Virus record (IMG/VR): IMGVR_UViG_3300011008_000016 | Location: 1 to 64,000 of that record | Source: a virus | Taxonomy: Duplodnaviria > Caudoviricetes | Direction: 5' to 3' (one strand) | Length of the DNA stretch: 64,000 bases | Part shown: positions 30,281 through 40,849 of the stretch, piece by piece | Layout of the letters: every line of letters begins with the position of its first letter | Numbering within the stretch: position 1 is the stretch's first letter | The notes under the pieces: model-generated | Database searches by the model: none | Told to the model about the DNA's origin: nothing | What the model saw: only the letters and a program-made list of their open reading frames with translations | Made by a program: the position numbers and the translations under genes

Positions 30281-31978
30281 TCAAATTTCATCGATAAAGT
30301 TCAACAGTTCATCGGAAATGATATCCTCATTAAAGACAATCGTTTCTCCTGTAAGCTCCGGTTGCTCGTACTCGACGAATGTATAGTTATTATTCAATAC
30401 CCTTGAAATGATCTTGAGGATTGGATCATCCTTAAATCCTTCAATCATAATCATATATTTATCGTCAATTAAGTGCGTATAGGTAGAAGCTGTTTTCAGC
30501 TTATTGATGAACTTACTATTCTGGAGTAAACGGTTACTCACCTTACCTTTCAGTAATGAACTGACAAACCACTGTAACTCTCTATAGCCACGAGAACTTA
30601 ATTCCCTCTTGGCTATTATTACGAACTTCATAACCTGCCGAATACTGGATGACTTTAATTCTGTAAACCCACCAAATTCTTTTGCAAAGTTATAGTTCAG
30701 CATATCATTATGGAATTTATCCATATTGAACAGATACTTTGTATAGAAAGCGATTTCATCATCAGAGATTTTCCCATAACGCTCCTCCAGTCTCTTAATT
30801 ACATCATCAAGAGCCTTATAGGAACGAACCGCTCTGGTTTCATCAACCTTCATTTGCATCTGTTCCAATTTATCTATACCAGATAATCCATCTGGACCTT
30901 TTTCTGCCGTTACCCTAACTGGGTCAAAGTTATACGATACCCGTTGTACCGTAAACGTCAACTGAGTTTCGATAATTGCCTTCAAGAATGCAGACAATGC
31001 ATTGTTGAACTGGAACTTGAAGAAATTATCACTAAGCAGGAACTTAACAAGAAGTCTATCAAGCTGAGATGCTTCCGTTGTTCCCCTAAGAGCAGCCTGC
31101 TGCTCCCAAATTACATTATGACCTTTACAATGTTTCCTTACTTTCTTTTCTGTAAAGATGTAAAGTTTCTCCTGAATTTCATCGGCTTCATATTCATCGT
31201 TCTGATCACCGACTTTATAGAACATATCCACGAATAAATCCAGCGTTAAATTATTGATAAGCGGATCATCGTTGGAATAAATTGTATTCGTAGCAATATA
31301 ATGCTCAACTGGTGGAATGATGATTTTAAGCATCATACTAACCGCCAGTAATCTCTTGATATCTTCGTTTGTAAAGTCATCCGGTCCATTAAAGACTCGA
31401 CCTGTTTTTCTATCAATTGTCGCATCAATATAATGGTTATCCTCAACCATCATATATATATTTTCTTTGATGCTATAATCTCGGAAAATCTTTCCCATCA
31501 AGTGTTTCTTAAATTCATAAACGGTCAACGAATTTTTACCGTCATCGATGATATTTTTCATGTACATATAAAGTCCTAATAATTCCTTTTCCGGATCATA
31601 GAACTCTGTAAAATAACTGAGATACTGACATAAGGGTATTAACTTATTCTGAAAAGCCTTTCTTCCAATCTCAAATGTCTCCGAATCACGTCTCTCCTCT
31701 TCTGTCTCAAACATCCCTGCCTTTGTAGATTTCGGCAAAGCCTTGTTAAAGTTGATTCGAATATTTGGAAGTTCCCCGATAACCCAAATGTCATCAACTG
31801 ATTTCGCAAAAGTGGATTTATCCATCGACTTGAAATACATCACGTCTTTGTCTTTACTCTCACTTTTATCTTTACTCTTCTTAGCGTTAGCAATGGCTTC
31901 AGCCAAAGCTTTGTCATACATGTCACGAGTAAGGGAACCTCCCCACTCGTCTATTCGTACAAACTCTTTTGCTGCCAT
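30281..31978 (-). CDS. Probable non-virion RNAP sigma-like specificity subunit (phiKZ gp68/AR9 gp226-like)
   Basis: 565 aa, helical; FTNEDIKRLLAVSMMLKIIIPPVEHY resembles the gp68-family core as I recall it; early-type motif upstream. Confidence 0.5.
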   Translation of the reverse strand: MAAKEFVRIDEWGGSLTRDMYDKALAEAIANAKKSKDKSESKDKDVMYFKSMDKSTFAKSVDDIWVIGELPNIRINFNKALPKSTKAGMFETEEERRDSETFEIGRKAFQNKLIPLCQYLSYFTEFYDPEKELLGLYMYMKNIIDDGKNSLTVYEFKKHLMGKIFRDYSIKENIYMMVEDNHYIDATIDRKTGRVFNGPDDFTNEDIKRLLAVSMMLKIIIPPVEHYIATNTIYSNDDPLINNLTLDLFVDMFYKVGDQNDEYEADEIQEKLYIFTEKKVRKHCKGHNVIWEQQAALRGTTEASQLDRLLVKFLLSDNFFKFQFNNALSAFLKAIIETQLTFTVQRVSYNFDPVRVTAEKGPDGLSGIDKLEQMQMKVDETRAVRSYKALDDVIKRLEERYGKISDDEIAFYTKYLFNMDKFHNDMLNYNFAKEFGGFTELKSSSIRQVMKFVIIAKRELSSRGYRELQWFVSSLLKGKVSNRLLQNSKFINKLKTASTYTHLIDDKYMIMIEGFKDDPILKIISRVLNNNYTFVEYEQPELTGETIVFNEDIISDELLNFIDEI

Positions 31979-32037
31979 TTACAAATCCTCCTTAGGTTCT
32001 GTAACTCTTCATGTATAATATATACTCTAAACACCTC

Positions 32038-32844
32038 CTACTTTTTTCGAATCGTTCCTCTCTTTTTCTTGACAGTATTTACCGTATGAGCAGCTTTCTC
32101 TATAGATGAATGTATCTTAGGTTGAGCCTTTTTCACATTAACGCCAGTTTCTTCATCCTTATCTACCCTCATAGTAGTCCGATGTTTTGGCATTGTTTTA
32201 TGAATATTGGAAGACTTCTTTTTCTTCTTTAGCTTCTCTTCTGCCTTTCGATATTGGTCCATTATCTCGTCTAATGTACGGATATGGGATACTAAGTATT
32301 TTTCATCATACGGCTTTGCTATCATTTCCAAAGTGACACGATTCATCTTCTTTGATTCTAGTATATACCTTGCTGCAAAGTAGATGTATTTGTCGTACAT
32401 AATGTTTTGATTACGGTTCCGAACATCTGGGGAGGAAGAGATAATTTTCCTCCCCAGTTTGGATGTAAGTTTCGGAATCATTAATCCATTCTTGTTGAAT
32501 ACATATGCAAAAGTATATGCGAATGAAGGTGTATTAGTGAATACCTGAAAATCATATTTGTAAATGGACAGATCTCGTCTGTGTTTCTTTTCTGGATCAT
32601 GAAACTTAAAGACTACATCATAAGTATTGTCACGCTCTGTTTCTGTCGGCATGACCAACCAGAAGTAATACGTATCACTACCGGCATTTCTGTAGACTTT
32701 CATTTCAATGATTTTATGTTTTCCTGTAGAACCATCTGTATAGCGGTCATACTTTGCAGATAAAGCTCCAAGGATAAGAGATTTGTTGGGAATGGATGCA
32801 TCCCCTTTTCCAACGGGATTTTCAAGGAATTCAGCTAAATACAT
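32038..32844 (-). CDS. Hypothetical protein with a basic C-terminus (268 aa)
   Basis: ORF closely coupled to the chaperonin gene. Confidence 0.75.
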   Translation of the reverse strand: MYLAEFLENPVGKGDASIPNKSLILGALSAKYDRYTDGSTGKHKIIEMKVYRNAGSDTYYFWLVMPTETERDNTYDVVFKFHDPEKKHRRDLSIYKYDFQVFTNTPSFAYTFAYVFNKNGLMIPKLTSKLGRKIISSSPDVRNRNQNIMYDKYIYFAARYILESKKMNRVTLEMIAKPYDEKYLVSHIRTLDEIMDQYRKAEEKLKKKKKSSNIHKTMPKHRTTMRVDKDEETGVNVKKAQPKIHSSIEKAAHTVNTVKKKRGTIRKK

Positions 32845-32845
32845 T

Positions 32846-34711
32846 TTATCCCTTCACCTCCCTCATACCTTCCAACTCCTCACCAGCATTATCATATGCT
32901 GCAAAAAGGAACTGGTTTGTCGTTGTTGTTGTAAGTACCAGATTGAGTACACCTTTTATGACCTCAATATCGACCCGAACCGGATGAACGATAGTTTCAT
33001 CAAATTCATTTGTAATAAGGTTCCAAGGTGTGTTCCTTCTCTCTGCTTCATAAATGACGTTCTTGGATAATTCATTGTCCTTATAATCCGGACACTTATC
33101 ATCGCCGTACTTGTTGTAGAACATCGTTAAAGCTGTCTTAACAAAGCTTTCATAAATGATGACGAGGAAATTCTTTCTGAGACTATCTTTCTCCTCACTC
33201 ATCAAATCACCAACTGCTTTTATGATAGCAATTTCGCCACCCGGAACGACACCTTCAGCATATGCTTTCTCACATGCTTTAATAGCATCGTCAAGAGCAT
33301 CTCTCTTTGCTTTTAATTGGCTGTCCCCAAACCCACCGACATTAATTGTTGCCATCTTGAGTTTGAGTTTACCGAGACGAATCTTTTTCAAACCGATTTC
33401 GTCTGTAATCATGCTCTTAGCACTCATATCCTTCTCAGCCTTGGTGATTTCTGCCTGAATTGTGGACATACGTTCTTTGATTGCATCGGAATTTTCAATA
33501 TCGCCAAATCCTTTTGCAACCAACTGCTTATCATCAACAGTCAGTTCATCACATACGCCGAGAAAACGCTGCATGTGTTCAATGAGTTCATCTCCTGCAT
33601 TAATTAGGGACTGCTTGAACTCTGATACTGCATTTTGGAACTGGGTATCTGTCTCAAACTGCTCCCTTGTAGGAGAAGGCTGTTTTGTAATCCGCGTAAA
33701 CTCATCCATGATTTCTTCAATTTCGTCATTTCCCTTGGCATTGATAGCCGCTCCGGTGAGGAAACTGAAGTCGATGAGCATCTCACGTTCAATATTGTAT
33801 TCCGCAAAATATTTCACCATAACCATACTCGGTAATGGAGCCTTATGCTTTGCCTGATAAATACAATACTGATTATATTTATCCCTGAAGTTTTTATCAA
33901 AGTCAGGTGCCAGAATGAATAATTCTGTACCAAGCCTTTGGTTCAGGAAAGTTGAAGTTGTGAGAAGTCTTTCAAACAGCTCTGTTCCGACTGTATATGA
34001 GAAAATCAGAATAATCGGTCTGTTTGATGTATATTTCTTCTCACCAACGTGATTGACTTTGAACTCGCTAAGGAGTCGAGCCGACATATCATAGCCTTCG
34101 TTATATTCGACAAAGCTATGCTCTGTGCCGGAGTTCTGTACTTTGATAATCGGATTGCCTGTATTGACATATATGTCACGAATAAACCCGGCAAACTCTG
34201 TATCCCAGTCTAATGAAACTAGAGCAACATTGTAGATGTATTCTGCCAGATTTTCTTCCGTAATCTTTGTAGAATTCTCGATAAGTTTATCACAAATCTT
34301 CTCGATACAATATTCGAGATTCTTTGTGATGGTTTTCGCATGAATCTTATTCTCTTTCTTCCACGCCATTAAAGCTTCGTTAATAGCGTTTGCTGCAATG
34401 ACACCGGTGGTAGTACCGTCACCTGCCCTAAGGTTAATAGCCGTAGAGACATCCACAGCCATCTTCCGAATAACACTTGCCATTACGCTTTTCGGATAAA
34501 TGAGAGACTGTTCTACGGACCAACCGTCCTTTGTAATTAAAACTTTATTGTTTACCTGATACGCAGTATTTGCACCATATGGTCCATATGTTCGTGAGAC
34601 ATATTTCGCCATCTGAGAAAATACTGTACTGAAAAGTGTCTCCAATTCCTCTCCGTCGATGACGTTGGGGGTGAGATTGAGTGTAATCTTGTTATCAGAT
34701 TCCATCGACAT
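32846..34711 (-). CDS. groEL: GroEL-like phage chaperonin
   Basis: TYGPYG, ITKDGWSV, AGDGTTT, ATINVGG, DDAIKA...EGVVPGGE. Confidence 0.93.
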   Translation of the reverse strand: MSMESDNKITLNLTPNVIDGEELETLFSTVFSQMAKYVSRTYGPYGANTAYQVNNKVLITKDGWSVEQSLIYPKSVMASVIRKMAVDVSTAINLRAGDGTTTGVIAANAINEALMAWKKENKIHAKTITKNLEYCIEKICDKLIENSTKITEENLAEYIYNVALVSLDWDTEFAGFIRDIYVNTGNPIIKVQNSGTEHSFVEYNEGYDMSARLLSEFKVNHVGEKKYTSNRPIILIFSYTVGTELFERLLTTSTFLNQRLGTELFILAPDFDKNFRDKYNQYCIYQAKHKAPLPSMVMVKYFAEYNIEREMLIDFSFLTGAAINAKGNDEIEEIMDEFTRITKQPSPTREQFETDTQFQNAVSEFKQSLINAGDELIEHMQRFLGVCDELTVDDKQLVAKGFGDIENSDAIKERMSTIQAEITKAEKDMSAKSMITDEIGLKKIRLGKLKLKMATINVGGFGDSQLKAKRDALDDAIKACEKAYAEGVVPGGEIAIIKAVGDLMSEEKDSLRKNFLVIIYESFVKTALTMFYNKYGDDKCPDYKDNELSKNVIYEAERRNTPWNLITNEFDETIVHPVRVDIEVIKGVLNLVLTTTTTNQFLFAAYDNAGEELEGMREVKG

Positions 34712-34763
34712 AACCTCCTTTGTTTTTAATTATTTCATTGTTACATAACATATTGTATTTCAG

Positions 34764-35531
34764 CTAAATGGGTGTAGCTATTGTATTGATAGAAAGATTG
34801 AAATTATCACGGTACCACTTTTCTTCATGGTCTAATTTCAGTCTTGTAATAGTAACTTGCTCTATTAACTTTTCTATGTTTGATCTATCTTCTATCAGAT
34901 TAAATTCATATGCTGGGATAATCACTTCTGTTAATCCTGCATATTTTACTGAGAGATATTTATCTATATCTCGTGCGTCTTCCAATACATAAGAATCTGC
35001 GATGAATTCTTTTGCTTTCTTTTCTTTTTGCCCTACGAATACAGATAATTTATCTAAGCTGTATCCATTAAAAGCATCTCTGATACTTTCATATATGATA
35101 TCTGAATCATATGGCATATATAGAGTTACTCTGGATGTATTATTGTCATTACATAATATCCGTAAGTTGTTTCCAAATCCGGTTAATTGTACGTATTCAT
35201 CACAGGTTGGATTCTGTAACATATCCTTTACTAAATTCTCTACGTATATAACCAGCATGTTTGGGTCATTCATTTCACAGAATTTTTCTTTGTTAATCCA
35301 GTCCAATAAGACATTCTTATTTATTTTATTGGATAATACTCGTACAATACCTCTATCGTTTTTTGGAATTGGTTCTATATCTGGAATATTATCGGAAAAG
35401 AAATATTGAAGACATGCATCTGTTTCCATTCGTTTTTTCATTTCATGATATAGAAATAAATCTACGTAGAGCATTACATTGAATACATCTACAAAAAAAG
35501 TAGACCGTTTGTATAATACACTTTTACGCAT
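34764..35531 (-). CDS. Hypothetical protein (255 aa)
   Basis: ORF with AAAGGAG RBS. Confidence 0.75.
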   Translation of the reverse strand: MRKSVLYKRSTFFVDVFNVMLYVDLFLYHEMKKRMETDACLQYFFSDNIPDIEPIPKNDRGIVRVLSNKINKNVLLDWINKEKFCEMNDPNMLVIYVENLVKDMLQNPTCDEYVQLTGFGNNLRILCNDNNTSRVTLYMPYDSDIIYESIRDAFNGYSLDKLSVFVGQKEKKAKEFIADSYVLEDARDIDKYLSVKYAGLTEVIIPAYEFNLIEDRSNIEKLIEQVTITRLKLDHEEKWYRDNFNLSINTIATPI

Positions 35532-35596
35532 ACATAGTCAACTCCTTTCAGTAAAACGGGTGGTTCTCATATTGTCTATGGAACCACCCTTAAATC

Positions 35597-36013
35597 TCAT
35601 CCATACATAAATACCTTTCGGTCTTTTTGTATGCCATTGTACTGTAAGACTCCCACATGGAATCCTGTAACTGTATCCATTGGTTTTCCAAATACATCAT
35701 AAGAAGAAAACCTGTATACAATAGCCATAGCTTTGTCATTACTGCGGATTGGCGGTATGAATCCTTTTATTCCAAACATCTCCATTCTATCATTGAACTT
35801 TAACATATCATCCCAATAATAGACATCGACATCGCTGAGAAGATAAATGGACCAAGAATTCTCCAGATGAACACTTTTCCGCAGAATAGCATCTCCAACC
35901 TTCTCCTGGAAAAATTCAGAATCTTCCTTTATCAGCAGTTGAAGCTCTTTATCGAGTGTTTTGATAAAGTCATTCACCGCTCCTATTGCTTTCATAGTAT
36001 CACCTCTTTTCAT
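35597..36013 (-). CDS. Hypothetical protein
   Basis: ORF; terminator hairpin 35557-35590 downstream. Confidence 0.7.
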   Translation of the reverse strand: MKRGDTMKAIGAVNDFIKTLDKELQLLIKEDSEFFQEKVGDAILRKSVHLENSWSIYLLSDVDVYYWDDMLKFNDRMEMFGIKGFIPPIRSNDKAMAIVYRFSSYDVFGKPMDTVTGFHVGVLQYNGIQKDRKVFMYG

Positions 36014-36339
36014 TCTAACTCAAGTTGTTTCTTAGTAATTAGTGTACCATCCTTATTATACATTGGCGTGATAGTTGCACCATATTCTGATTCGTATAGA
36101 AGATACACGACACCGGAAATATCATCAGTTATATAACGAAAATTAGCTTCGTATATAAAATCTTTTCCACCGAGAGTATCATAGATTGTAATATTTGGAG
36201 TTGTATGGGTAAATGACTTTGATATAGTGGTTATTTCAACTAAACCACTGTTTCCTCCACCAACTGACATTTGATACATCCCTAATACACCCATTGCTAT
36301 AAAAATACAGACTGCAATTATTTTCGAGCCCCTTTTCAT
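36010..36339 (-). CDS. Membrane-anchored small protein (DUF6440-like)
   Basis: N-terminal TM helix; DDISGVVYL...GATITPMYNKDG pattern. Confidence 0.55.
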   Translation of the reverse strand: MKRGSKIIAVCIFIAMGVLGMYQMSVGGGNSGLVEITTISKSFTHTTPNITIYDTLGGKDFIYEANFRYITDDISGVVYLLYESEYGATITPMYNKDGTLITKKQLELE

Positions 36340-36412
36340 TTTGTATCCTCCTTAAATTAAATGGAGAACAGAGGACATCATTGTCCCCTATTCTCCTCTC
36401 GTAATGTGTCTA

Positions 36413-37210
36413 TTACGCCTGCTCTCCTTCGAATTCGACATTCAAATCATCCAGTGATGAAATCTGTTCCACTGGTGCATTCATCGAATTACTGTCGAAC
36501 AGGGACTGTTGCCCATATCTGGCTCCGCCTCGCTGAGATGCATATCCTGTACTCATTTCTGCACCGACTTTATTGCCGATAGACCGGATGTCTGATACAA
36601 CCATATCCTTGTAGGTCTTGTCAACCACACGATTTGCATGATTCCATGCCTTCGAAGATCCTGCAATGAAGTTTTTCAAATCTTCGATAAACAACAGGAA
36701 CTCATTATCGGTGATATTACGCCCACCAAACTTCCCGCTTTCGTGATTGTAATCGACAATCAGTTCGCCTTTCCGGAACTCATACTCGATTGCCTCTTTG
36801 CTGGTGAGACTTGACGCATCAATGTTCTTGATAAGCTCAGCGTATCCACACATCTCGTCTTTATCGTTCTTCCGCACGCCGATTCCAAACTGATTTACAT
36901 CAGCGACCGGTACAGAGATAAACTTCTCCTGACCTTCCTTCATTGCTGGAAATACGATTTCCTTAAAGCCATTCCAAAGATCGACACACTTCACCCGGCT
37001 GATACATGTAATCCAGCTATGTTGATAATCGTACCGCCTCTTCTCAGTCTGTTCTGCTTCAGGAAGTTCCGGTGAGATAATAATCTTGAGCATATCTCCC
37101 TGAAATGACCATTCAAAAGCTGCCGGATGTCTCTGCATTCCATTTGTTGTGCGGAAGCATCGGGTCTGTACATCCCTCTGTTCATTTCCGTTATTTTCTC
37201 CATATGCCAT
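36413..37210 (-). CDS. Hypothetical protein, possibly ssDNA-binding
   Basis: Adjacent to the polymerase gene; beta-rich core, Gly-rich linker, acidic tail SSLDDLNVEFEGEQA. Confidence 0.45.
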   Translation of the reverse strand: MAYGENNGNEQRDVQTRCFRTTNGMQRHPAAFEWSFQGDMLKIIISPELPEAEQTEKRRYDYQHSWITCISRVKCVDLWNGFKEIVFPAMKEGQEKFISVPVADVNQFGIGVRKNDKDEMCGYAELIKNIDASSLTSKEAIEYEFRKGELIVDYNHESGKFGGRNITDNEFLLFIEDLKNFIAGSSKAWNHANRVVDKTYKDMVVSDIRSIGNKVGAEMSTGYASQRGGARYGQQSLFDSNSMNAPVEQISSLDDLNVEFEGEQA

Positions 37211-37278
37211 TTTACTATTCCTCCTTTATTAACTATTGACTTAGAATTTTTCTAAGATGTTACCTGTGATTTATAATA

Positions 37279-39243
37279 TTATACGTTGAGTATGTTAGAA
37301 GCATACTCATTATCGCCCGTACTAATAGTGATAAATGATAATGATTTTACTACAGGATAAAATGTTCCAATATTCCTTGTTACGATTCGCTCTTCATCCA
37401 GTACAGGATAAACCCATTCTGGAATCTTTGTATTGTCATTTGGTAACGCAAGATATTTACATCCGTTTTTCTCAAATTGAGGAATTCCACCATGGAATAT
37501 ATTTTTCCTTATGATATCCGCCTCTTTTGGGAATTTTGGAGCAAGCTTCTCGTCCAATATCTTTTCACTTGTAAGGTTAAGGAAAACCACATCACATTTA
37601 TCTGGCACCATAATAACATTATCTGGATTGATAAGATTCCAGAGGATTGGTCCAGTAAACGCTCCTTGTGAATACGGGTCTGCATAAGATTTTTCCACCT
37701 TACAGTTCATTCGAAGTAGATACGTCCGTTCTCTGTTATGGATAGATTCTCTTATTTCCCTTTCAAGAGCTGCCACATCTCGCATTAGTCCTACGACATT
37801 GATTAATGGGTCATTAATGATATCTTTTTTAATAATTCCCATTAATTTATCTTCGATATCCTTATTTACCCCAGCCTTTTTGAAGTCATGACCCTTCAAT
37901 TCAATCTTGCTAATTTGCTTTCCTTCCCTAAGTTTGATATGAGCAATATATCGTTTCTTTGCATTAGCAAGTAATACTTTAGAGAAATAAAATTCATTCT
38001 TTGTATTGAGTCGCTGATGGAACCTCGGAAGGACATTACAATCATCTGCATATCTATCCAATAACTCTCTTGCCATTCTGGTTACCAGATAAGCCAATGT
38101 ATTAACACTACAGAATTGCTTATCTTCCTCCCCCATAGATGTATGAGATTGTTCCCAGATATTATCCTTTGTCCAGTCTACCCAAGGTTTAATATTGATA
38201 ACGTTACTATCTGTATCAATCAGAATAACCCTTGACCTTGGATCATGTTTCAACCTATCAATCTGCTCAGTATAAGCATGATTATAGAATACAAATTCCC
38301 GACAATAATCCCAAATAAACTCTAAGTCTTCTTTGATATTTTCTGGTTGTTTATTTGGGTTACGGAAACTCTCAGTAACATTGAAAATTCTCTTGAGACG
38401 ACTACTAATCATATCGTTCTCAACAAACCCGAATAAATTGTTATTGTAGTAGAGTCTCGTTAAATCTTCTACGGAACAATTCCGAAGGATATTCCTAATA
38501 GGTCCATCGTATTCATTTTTCCATTCCCAGAAATTATTTTTCCATACAGCATAAACCATTTCTGGGTCTTGGATATAACGAAGACCATCAATTTTTAAAT
38601 TATGCGGATCTTTCCTGAGAACATTTCCAACCATTGTAAATAGTTCTCCAAGAGATTTGAATTTAACTGCGTTATTTAAGAAGGCTTCAAACGCCATTGC
38701 AGTTGTAGATATAAGCGATTGTGCTGTACCAGTTGTACTTGATGCTGTATAAATGTTATATAACTGGAAAGTTTTCGCCCCAAATGAACCATATATGGCG
38801 TTAATCTTAACCTTGGCTTCCATCTGCATCATTTCATAATATTGATATTCATAGGAATCCGTCTCACCATTTGGTCCAAGATAAGTATCTCGAATTTTTT
38901 GATACTGTTTACGAGCTGCAATACGGCCATCAATAACATTTTGTATTGGAGAGGACTTTACATCATGATTGTAGAAGAAAGTGCCGTGTCCCGCAGCAAT
39001 TGGTCTATTTTTATAATACCAATCGTATAACTTTAATAAGGTTGCCTGAACCTTCATATCATCTTGATAATCGTTATGCAAATATGCTTCATGATCTTCA
39101 ATATGTTCAGATGCTATATCATATAAGACTTTTCGTAGTATATTTTCATCTGCGTTCGGATATTGTAGCTTAAAGTAGACGACATTATCATCCACCCAAT
39201 CCTTTATAAATTTAGAACGCATTAGTATTTCGTTACTAATCAT
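37279..39243 (-). CDS. polB: Family B DNA polymerase, C-terminal part (motifs B and C, thumb)
   Basis: KVKINAIYGSFG, IDTDS, KKRYI...ELKG; no exonuclease domain or motif A. Confidence 0.88.
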   Translation of the reverse strand: MISNEILMRSKFIKDWVDDNVVYFKLQYPNADENILRKVLYDIASEHIEDHEAYLHNDYQDDMKVQATLLKLYDWYYKNRPIAAGHGTFFYNHDVKSSPIQNVIDGRIAARKQYQKIRDTYLGPNGETDSYEYQYYEMMQMEAKVKINAIYGSFGAKTFQLYNIYTASSTTGTAQSLISTTAMAFEAFLNNAVKFKSLGELFTMVGNVLRKDPHNLKIDGLRYIQDPEMVYAVWKNNFWEWKNEYDGPIRNILRNCSVEDLTRLYYNNNLFGFVENDMISSRLKRIFNVTESFRNPNKQPENIKEDLEFIWDYCREFVFYNHAYTEQIDRLKHDPRSRVILIDTDSNVINIKPWVDWTKDNIWEQSHTSMGEEDKQFCSVNTLAYLVTRMARELLDRYADDCNVLPRFHQRLNTKNEFYFSKVLLANAKKRYIAHIKLREGKQISKIELKGHDFKKAGVNKDIEDKLMGIIKKDIINDPLINVVGLMRDVAALEREIRESIHNRERTYLLRMNCKVEKSYADPYSQGAFTGPILWNLINPDNVIMVPDKCDVVFLNLTSEKILDEKLAPKFPKEADIIRKNIFHGGIPQFEKNGCKYLALPNDNTKIPEWVYPVLDEERIVTRNIGTFYPVVKSLSFITISTGDNEYASNILNV

Positions 39244-39426
39244 TCTATACACCTCCTAACTTTTCAAAGTTTAGATATTTGTCAACTACGGTATAAATAG
39301 CTACCACACCGTTGTACAATACATCTTAAACTCAATCATTTAATATAGTTGCAAGGTGTAAGTTGAACCATTACGATTTCTACGGCTCAACAAAACAATA
39401 ATGACTAAGATAAGGAGGTAAAAGAT

Positions 39427-40020
39427 ATGGCTTCTTACGAAAACATCGAAGAAGAAGAATCCGAAGAGCTTTTAGGCACACCCCTTAGGTCATCCGGAGC
39501 ACTACCTGTTATGAACATGCCTGTTGCCGTTGTTGGTGAGAACACATATCCTGTCGTTTTAGCCAATCTCGTTAAGGGAACAATGCCTGTTCAAAGAGGC
39601 GGCACCGGACTTAACGATCTTGACGGCGGGAAGTTAATTGCTTCAAGTGAAAATGGTATAATGCTGGAGGAGATCGATGTCCCTGTAAGTCATTTTGCAG
39701 GTCTCAGTGCGAATATTGAAGAGAGACTGAAAAAAGTTCGGTCTTACAATGTCGCCATACCAACAACTGGTTGGTCAGTTGCAAGTGGTGCTGGTGATGG
39801 TTTTCAACAAACAATATCCGTACCTGGGATGACATCATCGGACAATCCTGTTGTCGGGCTAAATTCTGCTGCGACAACAACTTCTGCTTTGGAAGCGGAA
39901 CGGCGGGCATACGATTGTATTGATCGTATTGACACAGGCAATGATAGTATTACAGTTTATTGCTTTAAAACTGCTCCGACTACATCATTTTCAATTAGGA
40001 TTCAATGTAATGGTTCGTGA
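39427..40020 (+). CDS. Putative tail fibre/baseplate-associated protein
   Basis: GTMPVQRGGTG fibre repeat; C-terminal domain GWS...QQTISVPGMTSSDNPVV...APTTSFSI of the type seen in Firmicute phage tail proteins. Confidence 0.6.
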   Translation: MASYENIEEEESEELLGTPLRSSGALPVMNMPVAVVGENTYPVVLANLVKGTMPVQRGGTGLNDLDGGKLIASSENGIMLEEIDVPVSHFAGLSANIEERLKKVRSYNVAIPTTGWSVASGAGDGFQQTISVPGMTSSDNPVVGLNSAATTTSALEAERRAYDCIDRIDTGNDSITVYCFKTAPTTSFSIRIQCNGS

Positions 40021-40079
40021 ACCATTTTTCAGTGACAAGAAGAATATTCTAAACCCATTAATGGAAGGAGGACACCAAA

Positions 40080-40649
40080 ATGTCTAACCTTAGTACATTG
40101 ATGCAGAGTGGTAATGTTCAGCTTGCGGAGAATGTTGAATATGTTAGCATGACCGAGAGTGACATGGCTAATCTGCTTGCAATCGCCATACAGGAAGCGA
40201 TTCTGGAAGGCGTATCCGAAGAGGTTTGCGACCCTGAAGAGGATAAGTCCGTAACAGAAGGAACGTTGCCTGAGGATATGGCTGTTTTGGAGACGTCTAT
40301 TGTACGTCTCGATAAGGCGGCTAAGAAACAGCGTGCATATAAACTCGCTATTCTTCAGACTGCAAAAGAAGCTGAGAGTAAAGATTACAAGAAGCTGGAG
40401 ACTCTGTGGCGTATGGAAAAGTACCTGTTCCGCAGACTTGAGAAGAAGTATCAGTCTAAGGCAAGGTCTCGTATGCATCAGACGGCAAAGAAGGCTTCTG
40501 GTAACAACGGCATTGTGCAGCGGGCGAAGTCGGTATTGACTCGTTCTCAGAAGGAGACTAAGAAGGCTCTTGCTGGGGATATTAAGCCCCCGTCACAGGT
40601 AAAGAGTCAGTTTAAGACCATCACTCAGAAACTGAGTTCTAAGGTTTAA
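40080..40649 (+). CDS. Putative internal head protein (acidic N-terminus, basic C-terminus)
   Basis: 189 aa; sharp charge switch at AVLE|TS. Confidence 0.5.
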   Translation: MSNLSTLMQSGNVQLAENVEYVSMTESDMANLLAIAIQEAILEGVSEEVCDPEEDKSVTEGTLPEDMAVLETSIVRLDKAAKKQRAYKLAILQTAKEAESKDYKKLETLWRMEKYLFRRLEKKYQSKARSRMHQTAKKASGNNGIVQRAKSVLTRSQKETKKALAGDIKPPSQVKSQFKTITQKLSSKV

Positions 40650-40849
40650 CTGACTATCCGGTTATTTAATTACAAAAGGTTTATACAGATAGATGCACTG
40701 AACAATTAGGAGTGGATGTCAAGGTTCATAGAAACTTTGGCATCCATTCTTTTATTGATATATTAAAGAATCGTGAGGAAAGGAGGATTTGAAATGTAAC
40801 AACAACGGTCACATTTTTATATAATACATGAAAAGGAGGATATTCGCTT

